Source: an uncultured Candidatus Saccharibacteria bacterium (lineage in GTDB: Bacteria; Patescibacteriota; Minisyncoccia; Phycocordibacterales; JAKAEA01). Taken from it: 64,000 nt of DNA. A program made the translations under genes and the position numbers. The notes under the pieces are model-generated. The model saw nothing but the letters and a program-made list of their open reading frames with translations. It did no database searches and was not told the origin of the DNA. Positions 1 through 9,781 of the stretch are shown here, piece by piece. Positions within the stretch are counted from its first letter, which is position 1, and each line of letters begins with the position of its first letter. The DNA lies in assembly GCA_964577595.1 (NCBI GenBank), contig CAZNZK010000001.1, forward strand, positions 1,434 to 65,433, written 5' to 3'.

Positions 1-2
1 CC

Positions 3-800
3 GAGCAAAACCTGGCCGCCACCGCCAGCGGCATGGCCGCCATGGGCAAAATTCCGTTTATCGCTTCCTATGCCATGTTCAGCCCTGGCCGCAACTGGGA
101 GCAAATCCGCACCACCATTTGCTACAACAATCGCCCCGTCAAAATAGCCGGCTCGCATGCGGGCGTCTCCGTTGGCCCCGACGGTGGCACCCACCAGGCC
201 ATTGAGGACATCGCCATCACCCGCGTCATTCCGCGCATGGTCGTCATTTCCCCCTGCGATGCCATTGAAGCTAAAAAGGCGACGATTGCCGCGGCCAAAA
301 CTTCAGCGCCGACCTACATTCGCCTGGCGCGCGAAAAAACTCCCATCATCACCACTGAAAGTTCGCCATTTGAAATAGGGAAGGCGCAGGTAGTTTTCCA
401 GCCCATCACCCGCACGCCCGACGTCGCTATTATTGCCACCGGCGCTCTCGTCCACAAAGCGCTCCTTGCCGCTGCCGCTCTGGAAAAAGAAAAAATCGGC
501 GTCACCGTTCTCAATCTTCACACCATTAAACCCCTCGACGAACGCGCCATCCTCAAGCTCGCCGAAGAAGCCGGCGCAATCGTCACCGTGGAAGAGCATC
601 AAATAGCCGGTGGCATGGGCTCCGCCGTCGCCGAGCTCATCGCCGCCAAGGGCAAGCCGGTCCCTATTGAATTCATCGGCGTCCACGACCAATTCGGCCA
701 ATCCGGCACCCCCGCCGAACTCATTGAACACTATGGTATGGGCAAAGACGCGATTTTAGAAGCAGTAAAAAAAGTCCTCCAAAGAAAGGCTAAAAAATAA
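3..800 (+). CDS. Transketolase C-terminal (pyrimidine-binding) subunit, 5'-truncated by window edge
   Basis: Frame open from base 3 (EQNLAATASGMA); motifs HAGVSVGPDGGTHQAIED, PTYIRLAR, TIKPLD, VTVEEH. Confidence 0.93.
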   Translation, partial: EQNLAATASGMAAMGKIPFIASYAMFSPGRNWEQIRTTICYNNRPVKIAGSHAGVSVGPDGGTHQAIEDIAITRVIPRMVVISPCDAIEAKKATIAAAKTSAPTYIRLAREKTPIITTESSPFEIGKAQVVFQPITRTPDVAIIATGALVHKALLAAAALEKEKIGVTVLNLHTIKPLDERAILKLAEEAGAIVTVEEHQIAGGMGSAVAELIAAKGKPVPIEFIGVHDQFGQSGTPAELIEHYGMGKDAILEAVKKVLQRKAKK

Positions 801-839
801 GAAGTGTAAGACAAAAAGATTTTAAGGTACAATAGTACT

Positions 840-1739
840 ATGGCTATCCGCACTCCATCAAAAAATAGCTCCGTTACTGGCTTAAGGGGCTTACCAGTAC
901 AGAATATAAAACCAATATCTACCGAGGTTATTCTGGGTAATAGTCTTGACGTGTTAAAAAAAATTGATTCAAATTATGTCGATTTGGTAGTTACTTCACC
1001 CCCGTATAGCGACCAAAGAGATTCCACTTATGGTGGCATAAAAGCAGATAAATATGTTGAATGGTTTTTGCCTATCAGCGCAGAACTCTTGAGGGTTTTG
1101 AAACCAACAGGAACATTTGTCTTAAACATTAAAGAAAAAGTGACCAATGGCGAACGACATACCTATATTCTTAATTTAATTTTAGAAATGCGAAAACAGG
1201 GCTGGTTTTGGACGGAAGAATTTATTTGGCATAAAAAAAATTGCTATCCGGGTAAGTGGCCAAATCGTTTTCGTGATGCCTGGGAACGACTCTTGCAATT
1301 CAATAAAGATAAAAAATTCAATATGTATCAAGATGAGGTTATGGTGCCGACCGGCGATTGGGCAAAGACGCGATTAAAAAATCTCAGCGAGACGGATAAG
1401 ACACGCGACAATTCTAAGGTGGGAAGTGGTTTTGGAAAAAATATTTCTAATTGGATAGGTAGAGAAATGGCTTATCCGAGTAATGTCTTACATCTGGCAA
1501 CTGAAAGTGGCAATAAAAAACATAGCGCAGCATTTCCCAAAGAATTACCTCGTTGGTTTATCAAGCTTTTTACTAAGCCCGGGGACATGGTGCTTGATCC
1601 TTTTCTTGGTTCTGGGACAACGAGCGTTGTCTCAAAGGAAATGGCTCGAAATAGCATAGGTATTGAAATTTTGCAGGAATACTATACTCTTGCTAAGGAG
1701 AACGTGGCGAATGTACAAGACCGTCTACCGCTTCTCTAG
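840..1739 (+). CDS. Site-specific DNA methyltransferase, beta-class N4-C/N6-A type
   Basis: Catalytic TSPPY precedes SAM-binding LDPFLGSGTT; H-x-A-x-FP motif (KHSAAFP). Confidence 0.93.
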   Translation: MAIRTPSKNSSVTGLRGLPVQNIKPISTEVILGNSLDVLKKIDSNYVDLVVTSPPYSDQRDSTYGGIKADKYVEWFLPISAELLRVLKPTGTFVLNIKEKVTNGERHTYILNLILEMRKQGWFWTEEFIWHKKNCYPGKWPNRFRDAWERLLQFNKDKKFNMYQDEVMVPTGDWAKTRLKNLSETDKTRDNSKVGSGFGKNISNWIGREMAYPSNVLHLATESGNKKHSAAFPKELPRWFIKLFTKPGDMVLDPFLGSGTTSVVSKEMARNSIGIEILQEYYTLAKENVANVQDRLPLL

Positions 1740-1742
1740 TTC

Positions 1743-2504
1743 ATGCGAAAAATAGAATATAGTGAAATTGACGCGTTTATAACGGCTTCCATTATGAAGC
1801 CATTTTATGATGATCGGCTCAGGAAACTCAAGGAACTAAATTTAGAGAATATCCTGAAACGGAAAAATCCGTATCTATTCAAGGCAAAAAATATTGAGAC
1901 CAGTGGGGAATTTGTTAAATATATTCTGGACGCATTTCTTTCTTCTCAAGAGGAAACCATCTTCGGTAATCTGCTTGAAGAGTTGGCAATATTTATTTGT
2001 GCAAAAGTATTTAAAGGGAAGAAAGCTGAACAAGGTGTGTTTAAGAGTGTTGACCTACAATTTGAAAAAGATAATAAGCACTATATTGTAGGTATAAAAT
2101 CTGGTCCCAATTGGGGCAACAAAGATCAGGTTGATGCAATGAAGTTAAACTTCAAAGTAGCCAAAGCTCTCTTGAAGACCAGCGGAATCAAAAAAGAAGT
2201 CGTCGCTGTGAATGGTTGTATCTACGGAAAAGAGCGAACTCCTTTTAAAGAGAATGAAGATCCAGAAAAGAGTTATTACAAGATTTGTGGCCAAGAATTC
2301 TGGGAATTTATTTCTGGTGATAGTAACCTCTACAAAAACATCATTCTTCCTTTAGATAAAGAGGCGAAAGCAAGAGGGGAGTACTTTAAGGAAGTATATG
2401 CTCAAAAAAGCAATGAGATGATTAAAGAATTTTCCGATTCTTTTCTTACAAAATCGGGTCAGATAGATTGGGAGAAAATTGTTGATTTTGTTTCTAAGAA
2501 ATAA
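1743..2504 (+). CDS. Type II restriction endonuclease, PmeII-like family
   Basis: 3 nt downstream of MTase; KRKNPYLF, SSQEETIFGNLLEELA, D-x-KSGPNWGN nuclease motifs; AT-rich. Confidence 0.75.
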   Translation: MRKIEYSEIDAFITASIMKPFYDDRLRKLKELNLENILKRKNPYLFKAKNIETSGEFVKYILDAFLSSQEETIFGNLLEELAIFICAKVFKGKKAEQGVFKSVDLQFEKDNKHYIVGIKSGPNWGNKDQVDAMKLNFKVAKALLKTSGIKKEVVAVNGCIYGKERTPFKENEDPEKSYYKICGQEFWEFISGDSNLYKNIILPLDKEAKARGEYFKEVYAQKSNEMIKEFSDSFLTKSGQIDWEKIVDFVSKK

Positions 2505-2621
2505 GAGTTAGCCTCGCTGATTTTGACAAAACGATTCTTTTGTAGCATAACCTGCATATTCGTATTGCTTGTATAATTTAGTGGTATATAATACATTTAT
2601 TACAAATAATTATGTATCACT

Positions 2622-3176
2622 ATGGAAAATGACGAAAAAAATGTGGAAGTAAGTTTGAAAGGGGGTGGGCTTGATTTTAGTTATAAAACTTCTCTCCAAA
2701 AAGCCGCTCATGTAATAGCTTTTTTGAGCACAGGTAAGGAAATACAAAACAATAGTGGTACTGTAAAGACAGAATCTGTAGTTTTTTTGGGGTCAAACCA
2801 TCAGCGTTCCACCGGTTCGCCTTTGGATGCTATAAAGCAATCGACTGCGCGTACTTACCCACAAAAAATTGCTGTACTCGGTAAATTTCTTACAGAGCGT
2901 GACAATAGGGAAACATTTGATCCTAAAGAAATACTCACTTTGTTACGTCGTATGGGTGATATGCCCAAGAATTTTACCCGCGATTTAAAAGATGCTGGTT
3001 TGTTGGGTTATGTTACCGAAGAGCCAAATAATGAATATCTACTAACAGAACACGGTAAGCAAACGGTGGAGTCAAAATTTCAAGGTGCCATTGCTGCCAG
3101 TTCTGGTGTAAAGAAGAAATCAAAAAAGAAAGTTAACAATGATATTCCTCAAACGAAAATAAATCATGGCGAATAA
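2622..3176 (+). CDS. Hypothetical protein, probable C-terminal winged-helix domain
   Basis: 184-aa ORF; NFTRDLKDAGLLGYV...YLLTEHG resembles wHTH recognition helix and wing; TATAAT boxes upstream. Confidence 0.6.
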   Translation: MENDEKNVEVSLKGGGLDFSYKTSLQKAAHVIAFLSTGKEIQNNSGTVKTESVVFLGSNHQRSTGSPLDAIKQSTARTYPQKIAVLGKFLTERDNRETFDPKEILTLLRRMGDMPKNFTRDLKDAGLLGYVTEEPNNEYLLTEHGKQTVESKFQGAIAASSGVKKKSKKKVNNDIPQTKINHGE

Positions 3177-3372
3177 ACGACTATACATAGAGCGTAGACC
3201 CGAGGGTGACTACGCTGTTAGGCGTCCAGATTCTGAGCGTGCAAGCGCTGTGGCGCCTACACAAGCAGAAGCAATTGAAAAAGCAAGGGAATTAAGTCCT
3301 GGCACAGCTCCCGATGTAGAGCGAGTGCGCTACACATCAGGGGGTAATCCGGATAAGTGGCGTCGTGCTTAA
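3166..3372 (+). CDS. DUF2188-like small protein
   Basis: YAVRRPDSERASAVAPTQAEAIEKAREL pattern; overlaps upstream ORF by 11 nt. Confidence 0.75.
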   Translation: MANKRLYIERRPEGDYAVRRPDSERASAVAPTQAEAIEKARELSPGTAPDVERVRYTSGGNPDKWRRA

Positions 3373-3377
3373 TTTAG

Positions 3378-4424
3378 TTACACCTTCCTCACCTTATAAT
3401 CCGCGGGGGCTTTCTTCAAAAAATCGAGTAATTTCGGCATGGTCAAGAGACCTTCTTGTGCACCCACATATTGCACGACGGATTGGGAGTTAATTGGGCC
3501 CCAAGAGAGGGCGTCGCTCAAGGATTTGCCCATGGCGAGGGCGACGGTGACTGTGGAGCTGAAGGCGTCGCCAGCGCCGGTGCGTTCGTAGGGCGTATGC
3601 GGGTAAATTCCAATGAACCAGAGATCGGTGCCATCGTAGGCGAAAGCGCCATTCATGCCGTCGGTGATGCAGACAATTTTGGGGCCGAGGGCGCGGAGGG
3701 CTTTGGCGAAGTCTAAGATTTCAGCGTTCTTTTCTTCTGACGAAGCGTTTTCGGGGCGTTCAGTTTTGCCGAGGATACGGGCGGCTTCTTCGCGGTTGCA
3801 GAAGAAAATTTCGGTGCGCTCGTAGATGCTTTTGAGGGCGGTGGTGCCAAACTTCATTTGGTAGGTGCCGGGCTGGAAGGCGAGCTTCACTTTCGGATTG
3901 GCTTTGAGGTAGGCGGCGATTTCCTGGTGATAGGGCAGGGAGTTTTCGCCGAGGGAGCTGAGGTAGATCCACTTGGGTGCGTCGTTTTTGGTGAGGGGGA
4001 ATTTGTAGGGGTACTGCTGGTGCTTCACGAGGATAGTGCGCTCCACGCCATACCACAACACGTAGTGGTAGTTGGAAATCATGGTTTTGTGGGTGGTGAC
4101 AAACTGCGTGGCGACTTTATTGGTTTTGTAGGAGGCGAGCATTTCTTTGCCGTAGCTGTCGCCGCCGACATCGGAAATAATAACGGCTTTCAGGCCGAGG
4201 CGGGCCGCGGAAACGGCGGCGTTGGCGCTATTGCCCACGCCAGCAATGACTTTCACGAAATCGTAGGGGATTTTTTCGCCGAAGGTAACACAGAGTTCTT
4301 TAGTAACGCCGTCAGCGGCAGGCAGGACGGTGGCATCGGTCAGATGAATAAAGGCATCGGTCACCGTGTCGCCGATAGCGATGAATTCAGGGCCGCCGCC
4401 AAAAATGTTTGAAATGAATGACAT
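3378..4424 (-). CDS. PfkB/ribokinase-family carbohydrate kinase
   Basis: GNSANAAVSAARLG and RTGAGDAFSS signatures; start set at ATG 4424 (MSFISN). Confidence 0.9.
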   Translation of the reverse strand: MSFISNIFGGGPEFIAIGDTVTDAFIHLTDATVLPAADGVTKELCVTFGEKIPYDFVKVIAGVGNSANAAVSAARLGLKAVIISDVGGDSYGKEMLASYKTNKVATQFVTTHKTMISNYHYVLWYGVERTILVKHQQYPYKFPLTKNDAPKWIYLSSLGENSLPYHQEIAAYLKANPKVKLAFQPGTYQMKFGTTALKSIYERTEIFFCNREEAARILGKTERPENASSEEKNAEILDFAKALRALGPKIVCITDGMNGAFAYDGTDLWFIGIYPHTPYERTGAGDAFSSTVTVALAMGKSLSDALSWGPINSQSVVQYVGAQEGLLTMPKLLDFLKKAPADYKVRKV

Positions 4425-4497
4425 AAGGTGGTTTTTATGGGTACTGCACCAGTATACCAAACCTTTTATGTGTAGATAGTCGTAGTATAATAAAAGA

Positions 4498-5406
4498 ATG
4501 CTAAAAAGATTTTCTTATGCTGTTGCGGGTATCGCTTTGGCGCTTACGCCTTTTACTGTTATTCATGCCCAAACCGCGCCAACTATTTCCATTGGCATCA
4601 GCCAGTTTTCGCCGGGCACGCAGGTGACGGTGGGCACCGCGCTGACCTTTCAAATAAATATTTCTGGCTTTACGACGCCGACCTATGGGGTGGGGGATTC
4701 TTTTTCGGGGAGCACCATTACTCCGAGCGACATCGCCTACAACGGCGCTTTTTCCTGGACGCCGACAGCGGCGGATATTGGTTATCACCAACTTCGCATT
4801 AGCGCGACCGATGGTAATGGCGACAGTGCCACTATCATGCAGAACGTGACCGTTGCAGCGGTTGGCAGTGTGTCTATGTTATCTATAAGTCCTGGCGCGC
4901 AGGTGGCGGCTGGAACTCGTGTGGGCTTTAACGTCCAGGCCAACGGCTTCACACCACCTATTTATTCAGTGAGCGATTCTTTTTCTGGTACGAGCGTTAA
5001 TAATAATGACGTAGACCAAAATGGCTATTTCAGCTGGACACCCGACGCCAGCCAAACGGGCACGCACAATATTACTATTCGAGTGAGCGACTACAACGGC
5101 CATCACGGAAGCATTAGTCAGCAAATAATCGTGGGCGCGCCAAGCTCGTTGGTAGCAGTTTCCTCGCCGGCTTCTGTGCCGGTTACTGTGGGCGCGATAT
5201 TTACCAGCACGCTTGATGTTGGTTCAACGGGTTCGCAGGTGACGGCTTTGCAGCAACGTTTAACGACCAATGGATTCTATACAGGGCCGATTACTGGTTT
5301 CTTTGGCGCGGTGACTGCCGTGGCAGTAAAAAAGTTCCAGGCGGCTCACGGCCTTTCGCCGGTAGGCGCCGTTGGTCCCGCTACTCGCGCGCTTTTAAAT
5401 AAATAA
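4498..5406 (+). CDS. Secreted protein: two Ig/cadherin-like repeats plus C-terminal peptidoglycan-binding domain
   Basis: Signal peptide; duplicated FSWTP-containing ~90-aa modules; GSQVTALQQRL...TGFFGAVTAVAVKKFQ...GAVGPATR. Confidence 0.85.
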   Translation: MLKRFSYAVAGIALALTPFTVIHAQTAPTISIGISQFSPGTQVTVGTALTFQINISGFTTPTYGVGDSFSGSTITPSDIAYNGAFSWTPTAADIGYHQLRISATDGNGDSATIMQNVTVAAVGSVSMLSISPGAQVAAGTRVGFNVQANGFTPPIYSVSDSFSGTSVNNNDVDQNGYFSWTPDASQTGTHNITIRVSDYNGHHGSISQQIIVGAPSSLVAVSSPASVPVTVGAIFTSTLDVGSTGSQVTALQQRLTTNGFYTGPITGFFGAVTAVAVKKFQAAHGLSPVGAVGPATRALLNK

Positions 5407-5408
5407 CC

Positions 5409-5425
5409 GGGGTCAGGCACCGGTT
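5409..5425 (+). repeat. REP-like repeat, single arm GGGGTCAGGCACCGGTT
   Basis: Exact reverse complement of 46670-46686; matches arms at 34064 and 34713. Confidence 0.8.
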
Positions 5426-5439
5426 AATTTCCAATCAAC

Positions 5440-5467
5440 AAAAAACCCGCGGTTTAGTGCGGGTTTT
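5440..5467. terminator. Bidirectional intrinsic terminator
   Basis: AAAAAACCCGC-loop-GCGGGTTTT between convergent genes. Confidence 0.8.
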
Positions 5468-5507
5468 CTGCTTAAGTTGCTCCGTAAGGGGCGCCTTAAA
5501 TGCCTGA

Positions 5508-5705
5508 TTACGCGCGTTGCACGTTGACGGCATTGATGCCCTTTGGGCTGTCTTCAGTTTCAAAGCTGACGGCATCGCCTTCGCGAAGCTCATCAAACAT
5601 TACGCCGACAAGGGACTTGGAATGGAAGAAAATATCCTTTCCGCCGTCCTGAGGGGCGATGAAACCAAAACCCTTAGGCATGATCTTTTTGATCGTTCCT
5701 TTCAT
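5508..5705 (-). CDS. Cold-shock protein (CspA family)
   Basis: MKGTIK, KGFGFI (RNP1), DIFFHSK (RNP2), KGINAVNV. Confidence 0.95.
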   Translation of the reverse strand: MKGTIKKIMPKGFGFIAPQDGGKDIFFHSKSLVGVMFDELREGDAVSFETEDSPKGINAVNVQRA

Positions 5706-5888
5706 GAGTGAATGGTGATTTAATAAAAACAAATAGAATGTTCGTGGATCGACGATTTCGAATCACGCTGTTTGTTACAGGGTATGATAGCATAGCCCGT
5801 TGTGCTTGTCAACTACTTCTAAATATTGTCTGGTTTTGCCCTTGTAACGGCTTGCTAAAGGAATTTTTCGGCATGGTATACTATTTCC

Positions 5889-6785
5889 ATGAAAACTTTG
5901 CGCGAATATGTGGCCGCGGCGAGCGAGAAGAAAATCGCCATTGGCCATTTTAATATTTCCGATATTGCGGGGCTTTGGGCGGTGTTTACTGCGGCGAAAG
6001 AGCTCGTTCCTGGTCAGAAAACACCTATTATTATCGGCGCCTCGGAAGGGGAGCGAGAGTTCATTGGTGTGCCTCAGGTAGCAGCACTGGTGAAAAGCTT
6101 GCGTGAAGAATTTGACTACCCGGTCTTTCTCAATGGCGACCACACCTATTCATTTGAAAAAGTAACAGCGGCTATTGACGCCGGTTTTGATTCGGTGATT
6201 TTTGACGGCGCCCAGCTTTCTTTTGATGACAACGTGAAGCAGACAAAACAGTGCGTTGACTATGCCCGCGAAGTCACGAAAAAGACTGGCCGTGACATTT
6301 TAATAGAAGGGGAGCTCGGCTACATCGGTGTTTCTTCCAAGGTGCTGGATGCTATTCCGGCGGGCGTTGGCCTTTCCGGTGATGCTCTCACTTCGCCTGA
6401 GCAAGCTAAAGAATTTGTCGCAAAAACCGGCGTAGACATGCTCGCTCCGGCCATTGGCAGTTTTCATGGCATGGTTAAAGGAATGACGGTGAAGCCGGGG
6501 CTTGATATTCCACGCATCGCCGCTATCCGCACCGCCACGGGCGTGCCCCTTGTGCTCCATGGTGGCTCTGGTAATAAGGACGAGGATTTTATCAATTCCA
6601 TCACGGCCGGCATCAATATCGTGCACATAAATACCGAAATTCGCGTGGCCTATCGCGATGCCCTAGTGCTCTTTTTGCAGGAAAATCCCGAAGAAGTCGC
6701 TCCTTATAAGTATCTACGGGCCGGTTCGCAGGCCATGCAGAAAGTTATCACCGGGCGTTTGAAGCTGTTTAATAAGATTGCCTAA
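5889..6785 (+). CDS. fba: Class II fructose-bisphosphate aldolase
   Basis: GDH, IEGELG, AIGSFHG, PLVLHGGSG, HINTE motifs. Confidence 0.92.
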   Translation: MKTLREYVAAASEKKIAIGHFNISDIAGLWAVFTAAKELVPGQKTPIIIGASEGEREFIGVPQVAALVKSLREEFDYPVFLNGDHTYSFEKVTAAIDAGFDSVIFDGAQLSFDDNVKQTKQCVDYAREVTKKTGRDILIEGELGYIGVSSKVLDAIPAGVGLSGDALTSPEQAKEFVAKTGVDMLAPAIGSFHGMVKGMTVKPGLDIPRIAAIRTATGVPLVLHGGSGNKDEDFINSITAGINIVHINTEIRVAYRDALVLFLQENPEEVAPYKYLRAGSQAMQKVITGRLKLFNKIA

Positions 6786-6844
6786 ACCGTTGCATTTTTA
6801 GCGGTTTCTTGTATACTGTGCTCCTGCTTTTATATTGACCTTGT

Positions 6845-7564
6845 ATGTTAACTTTGGATTACACCCCCCGCGACAGCAAAATCAAGCCGGAAGCCCTCCG
6901 CGTAAGTGGTTCCGTGCCAGCTGTTTTTTACGGCCCTAAGCAAGCGTCCACGCCGGTGACGCTTAAAGCGATTGATTTTCTCAAGGCTTGGAAAAAGGCT
7001 GGCGAGTCTTCCATTATTATCTTGAAAGGCCCGAAAGGCGAGGAGCATGAGGCGCTTATCCACGACGTTGACCTTCACCCAGTGAGCGAAGCACCCCTGC
7101 ATGCTGATTTTTATGTTATTGAAAAGGGTAAGAAGCTTAGTTTGGAAATTCCACTTGAATTTACCGGTGTTTCCGCGGCTGTTAAGGATTTAGGCGGCAC
7201 GCTCGTTAAAGTGCTCCACGACATTGAAATTGAAGCTCTGCCTAAGGATCTCCCGCACACGCTTACTGTTGATATTAGCCTCCTCACCACTCTGGAAAGC
7301 CAAATTCTCGCCAAGCAAATCGTTCTGCCGGCCGGCGTAGAGCTCATTAGCGGCCCTGAAGAAGTTGTGGCCGCCATTACGGTTGCTAAGGAAGAAGTTG
7401 AAGAGCCTTCTAAAACCATTGACGATATTGAAGTAGTTGGTGCCAAGGGTAAGGAAGAAGTCGCCGAAGGTGATGCCGCCGCCGCGGGTAAGGATGCCAA
7501 AGCGGGCGATAAAGCCGCTAAGCCAGCCGAAAAAGGCGCTGAAAAGAAGCCTGAGAAAAAATAA
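6845..7564 (+). CDS. rplY: 50S ribosomal protein L25 (Ctc type)
   Basis: VPAVFYG, HPVSEAPLHADFY, EIEALPKDLP. Confidence 0.95.
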   Translation: MLTLDYTPRDSKIKPEALRVSGSVPAVFYGPKQASTPVTLKAIDFLKAWKKAGESSIIILKGPKGEEHEALIHDVDLHPVSEAPLHADFYVIEKGKKLSLEIPLEFTGVSAAVKDLGGTLVKVLHDIEIEALPKDLPHTLTVDISLLTTLESQILAKQIVLPAGVELISGPEEVVAAITVAKEEVEEPSKTIDDIEVVGAKGKEEVAEGDAAAAGKDAKAGDKAAKPAEKGAEKKPEKK

Positions 7565-7591
7565 TCTGAAAGAGCAAAAATATAGTATACT

Positions 7592-7624
7592 AAAACCCGT
7601 CAATCCCATTTTGACGGGTTTTTT
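7592..7624 (+). terminator. Intrinsic terminator after rplY
   Basis: AAAACCCGTCAA-loop-TTGACGGGTTTTTT. Confidence 0.75.
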
Positions 7625-7628
7625 GTTT

Positions 7629-8999
7629 ATGAAAAAATTTTTCACCCCAATCCTTATAATTTCAGTCCTATTTTGTCCGATTGGCGCTTTTGCTCAGACG
7701 GCCCCAACTACCGCGACGCTCGTTCCGGCAACCGCCGACACCACCAAGGCCGCCCAGCAAGCCGCTCTGCAGGCCCAACTCACCGATATTCTGGCGCAGA
7801 TTTCCGCCCAGCAGTCAGCACTTTCTACTGAACAGCAAAAGGGTCAAACGCTTCAGCGTGATATTAATATTCTTGACGACCAAATTAAAACTGCACAACT
7901 GCAAATTAAAGCTCACCAGCTCAACATTCAACAGCTTGGCACGCAAATTGATCAAAAGAGTCAGACTATTTCTGACTTGGGTGATCAGGTAGTTGCCACT
8001 GATCAGTCACTTTCCCAACTTGTCCGCGAAACCAATCAGATAGATTCTTTTTCGCTTGCCGACGTCGTGCTCAGCGGCCGCAGCATTTCCGACTTTTTTG
8101 CCGATCTGGACACCTTTAGTTCGCTCAAACAATCCATTCAAGTGACACTTTCCGCCATCCGTCAATCGGCCAGCTCAACGCAGGAGGCAAAACAAAATTT
8201 AACGACCCAGCAAATCGCCGAGCAGGATGCCAAGGCCGCTATTGTGCAGGAACAGGCGCAAATTCAAGCTAACGAAACTCAGAAGGCGGCACTTCTTAGT
8301 TTAAGTAAACAACAGCAGGCCAATTACGCCAGCACTATCGCCGCGCAACAAACAAGGGCTAACGCCATTCGCCAGGCGCTCTTTTCACTTCTGCAGACGT
8401 CGTCACAGATTACGTTTGGTACCGCGCTTTCTTATGCACAAACCGCCCAACAGCTCACGGGCGTTGATCCAGCTTTCTTGCTCGCTATTTTGACTCAGGA
8501 AACCAATCTTGGTAAAAATGTCGGCACCTGTAATCAGCCTGGCCAGCCGGCGTATAAATTGTGGCAGTCTATTATGTCTAAAGGTAATCAGCCGGCATAT
8601 TTACAAGTCACCACAGCACTCGGCATTAATCCTAATGGCCAACCGCTTTCGTGCCCTCAAGCCTCCGGTGGCTACGGCGGTGCTATGGGGCCGGCGCAGT
8701 TTATTCCATCTACCTGGCTTCTGCTGCAACCAAAAATCAACGCGGCCCTTGGCACGAGCGGCATGCCTAATCCGTGGGATCCGAAAACCGCCTTTTTAGC
8801 CGCAGCCCTTTACTTGCGTGACATTGGCGCGGCCGGGGGCGGCTACACTGCCGAGCGCAATGCCGCCTGTCGCTACTATTCCGGCCGTCCTTGTGACAGT
8901 AAGCGCCCGCCAAACACTTCTTATGGTAATTCCGTTATGGCTTTGGCGGGTTCTATTCAGTTAAACCAAATCAATCCGCTTGAGAATGTGGGAGGTTGA
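7629..8999 (+). CDS. Secreted coiled-coil lytic murein transglycosylase (SLT_2-like)
   Basis: Signal peptide from ATG 7629 (MKKFFTPILII); long Gln-rich coiled coil; LAILTQET, GGAMGPAQFIPSTW, AAALYL. Confidence 0.88.
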   Translation: MKKFFTPILIISVLFCPIGAFAQTAPTTATLVPATADTTKAAQQAALQAQLTDILAQISAQQSALSTEQQKGQTLQRDINILDDQIKTAQLQIKAHQLNIQQLGTQIDQKSQTISDLGDQVVATDQSLSQLVRETNQIDSFSLADVVLSGRSISDFFADLDTFSSLKQSIQVTLSAIRQSASSTQEAKQNLTTQQIAEQDAKAAIVQEQAQIQANETQKAALLSLSKQQQANYASTIAAQQTRANAIRQALFSLLQTSSQITFGTALSYAQTAQQLTGVDPAFLLAILTQETNLGKNVGTCNQPGQPAYKLWQSIMSKGNQPAYLQVTTALGINPNGQPLSCPQASGGYGGAMGPAQFIPSTWLLLQPKINAALGTSGMPNPWDPKTAFLAAALYLRDIGAAGGGYTAERNAACRYYSGRPCDSKRPPNTSYGNSVMALAGSIQLNQINPLENVGG

Positions 9000-9024
9000 C
9001 ACCGCCATACAAAAATGTTATTCT
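8996..9024 (+). promoter_or_regulatory. Sigma70 promoter of orphan gene at 9106
   Basis: TTGACA-N17-TATTCT with extended -10 TG. Confidence 0.65.
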
Positions 9025-9105
9025 AGATAAGGTTTTTGTTTTTGTCCGACGTAATCCTCGGCGCTCACTGTGCCGGCGATTCGTCTTTTAAAAAAGGAGT
9101 TAGTT

Positions 9106-9684
9106 GTGGCAACCAAAACAAGCATGTTCAGTGGTATCAAAGGACTGTTGCGGTCCAGGCCCCGTTGGCATACTGAAGCCGGACTTGTTCGGCTTGATAT
9201 TACGTCAGGGGGCATGGCTGGTTGGCAGTGGGTTGGGCATCTTGAAGAGGCCCATGTCTCTGTGGCCCCCAGTGCCGCCAGTGTGCTCGTATCGCCCGAT
9301 TTTGTGTGTGCTGAGAAGGGTGTGAAGTATGCGGTCGCAATTCTCCCAGGTCGTCTTTTTTCTGCTCGGAAAAATCGGACCGCGACAAACATTCAGGCCG
9401 AGGCTGATCGCCGGGGGTTGATCAAGCCCAACACCGACCTCGCTTGTCTTATTCGCCGGAGCTTTTCGGATGAAGACATTCAGGCGATGGGGTTCAGATC
9501 AATCATTGTTATGCACGAGCCCATTTTGGCAGACGGTTCCTTGTGTGTTCTGGGTGTTGATAGTGATGGCGCTAGTGACGGTCCTTTTTGGGCGACGTAT
9601 GAGTTGGGAACGTATTCCTATGATGATCCGCCCGATGATCCCTGGGATCGTGAGCACGGCTTCGCATACATTGTTCCTGTCTAA
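9106..9684 (+). CDS. Hypothetical protein (orphan cassette 1), possible C-type-lectin-like fold
   Basis: GTG start 6 nt after AAGGAG; own promoter and terminator; C-terminus PDDPWDREHGFAYIV. Confidence 0.65.
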   Translation: MATKTSMFSGIKGLLRSRPRWHTEAGLVRLDITSGGMAGWQWVGHLEEAHVSVAPSAASVLVSPDFVCAEKGVKYAVAILPGRLFSARKNRTATNIQAEADRRGLIKPNTDLACLIRRSFSDEDIQAMGFRSIIVMHEPILADGSLCVLGVDSDGASDGPFWATYELGTYSYDDPPDDPWDREHGFAYIVPV

Positions 9685-9709
9685 GTGTCTCGGTTTTGTC
9701 CTAATTTCC

Positions 9710-9749
9710 AGCTCCTCTCGCCTTGCGCGGTGAGGGGCTTTGCTTTTTT
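9710..9749 (+). terminator. Probable intrinsic terminator
   Basis: Imperfect GC stem AGCTCCTCTCGCC/GGTGAGGGGCT followed by T-rich tail. Confidence 0.55.
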
Positions 9750-9781
9750 CCAAATATTCTGCTAGAATCTCGCATACAAAC

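Noticed and set aside
7437-7628. Extended N-terminus of the 520-aa ORF (similarly 28203, 13467, 9740, 34704)
   Set aside because: Extensions overlap neighbouring genes, terminators or repeats; downstream ATGs fit signal peptides, family starts or -10 boxes better
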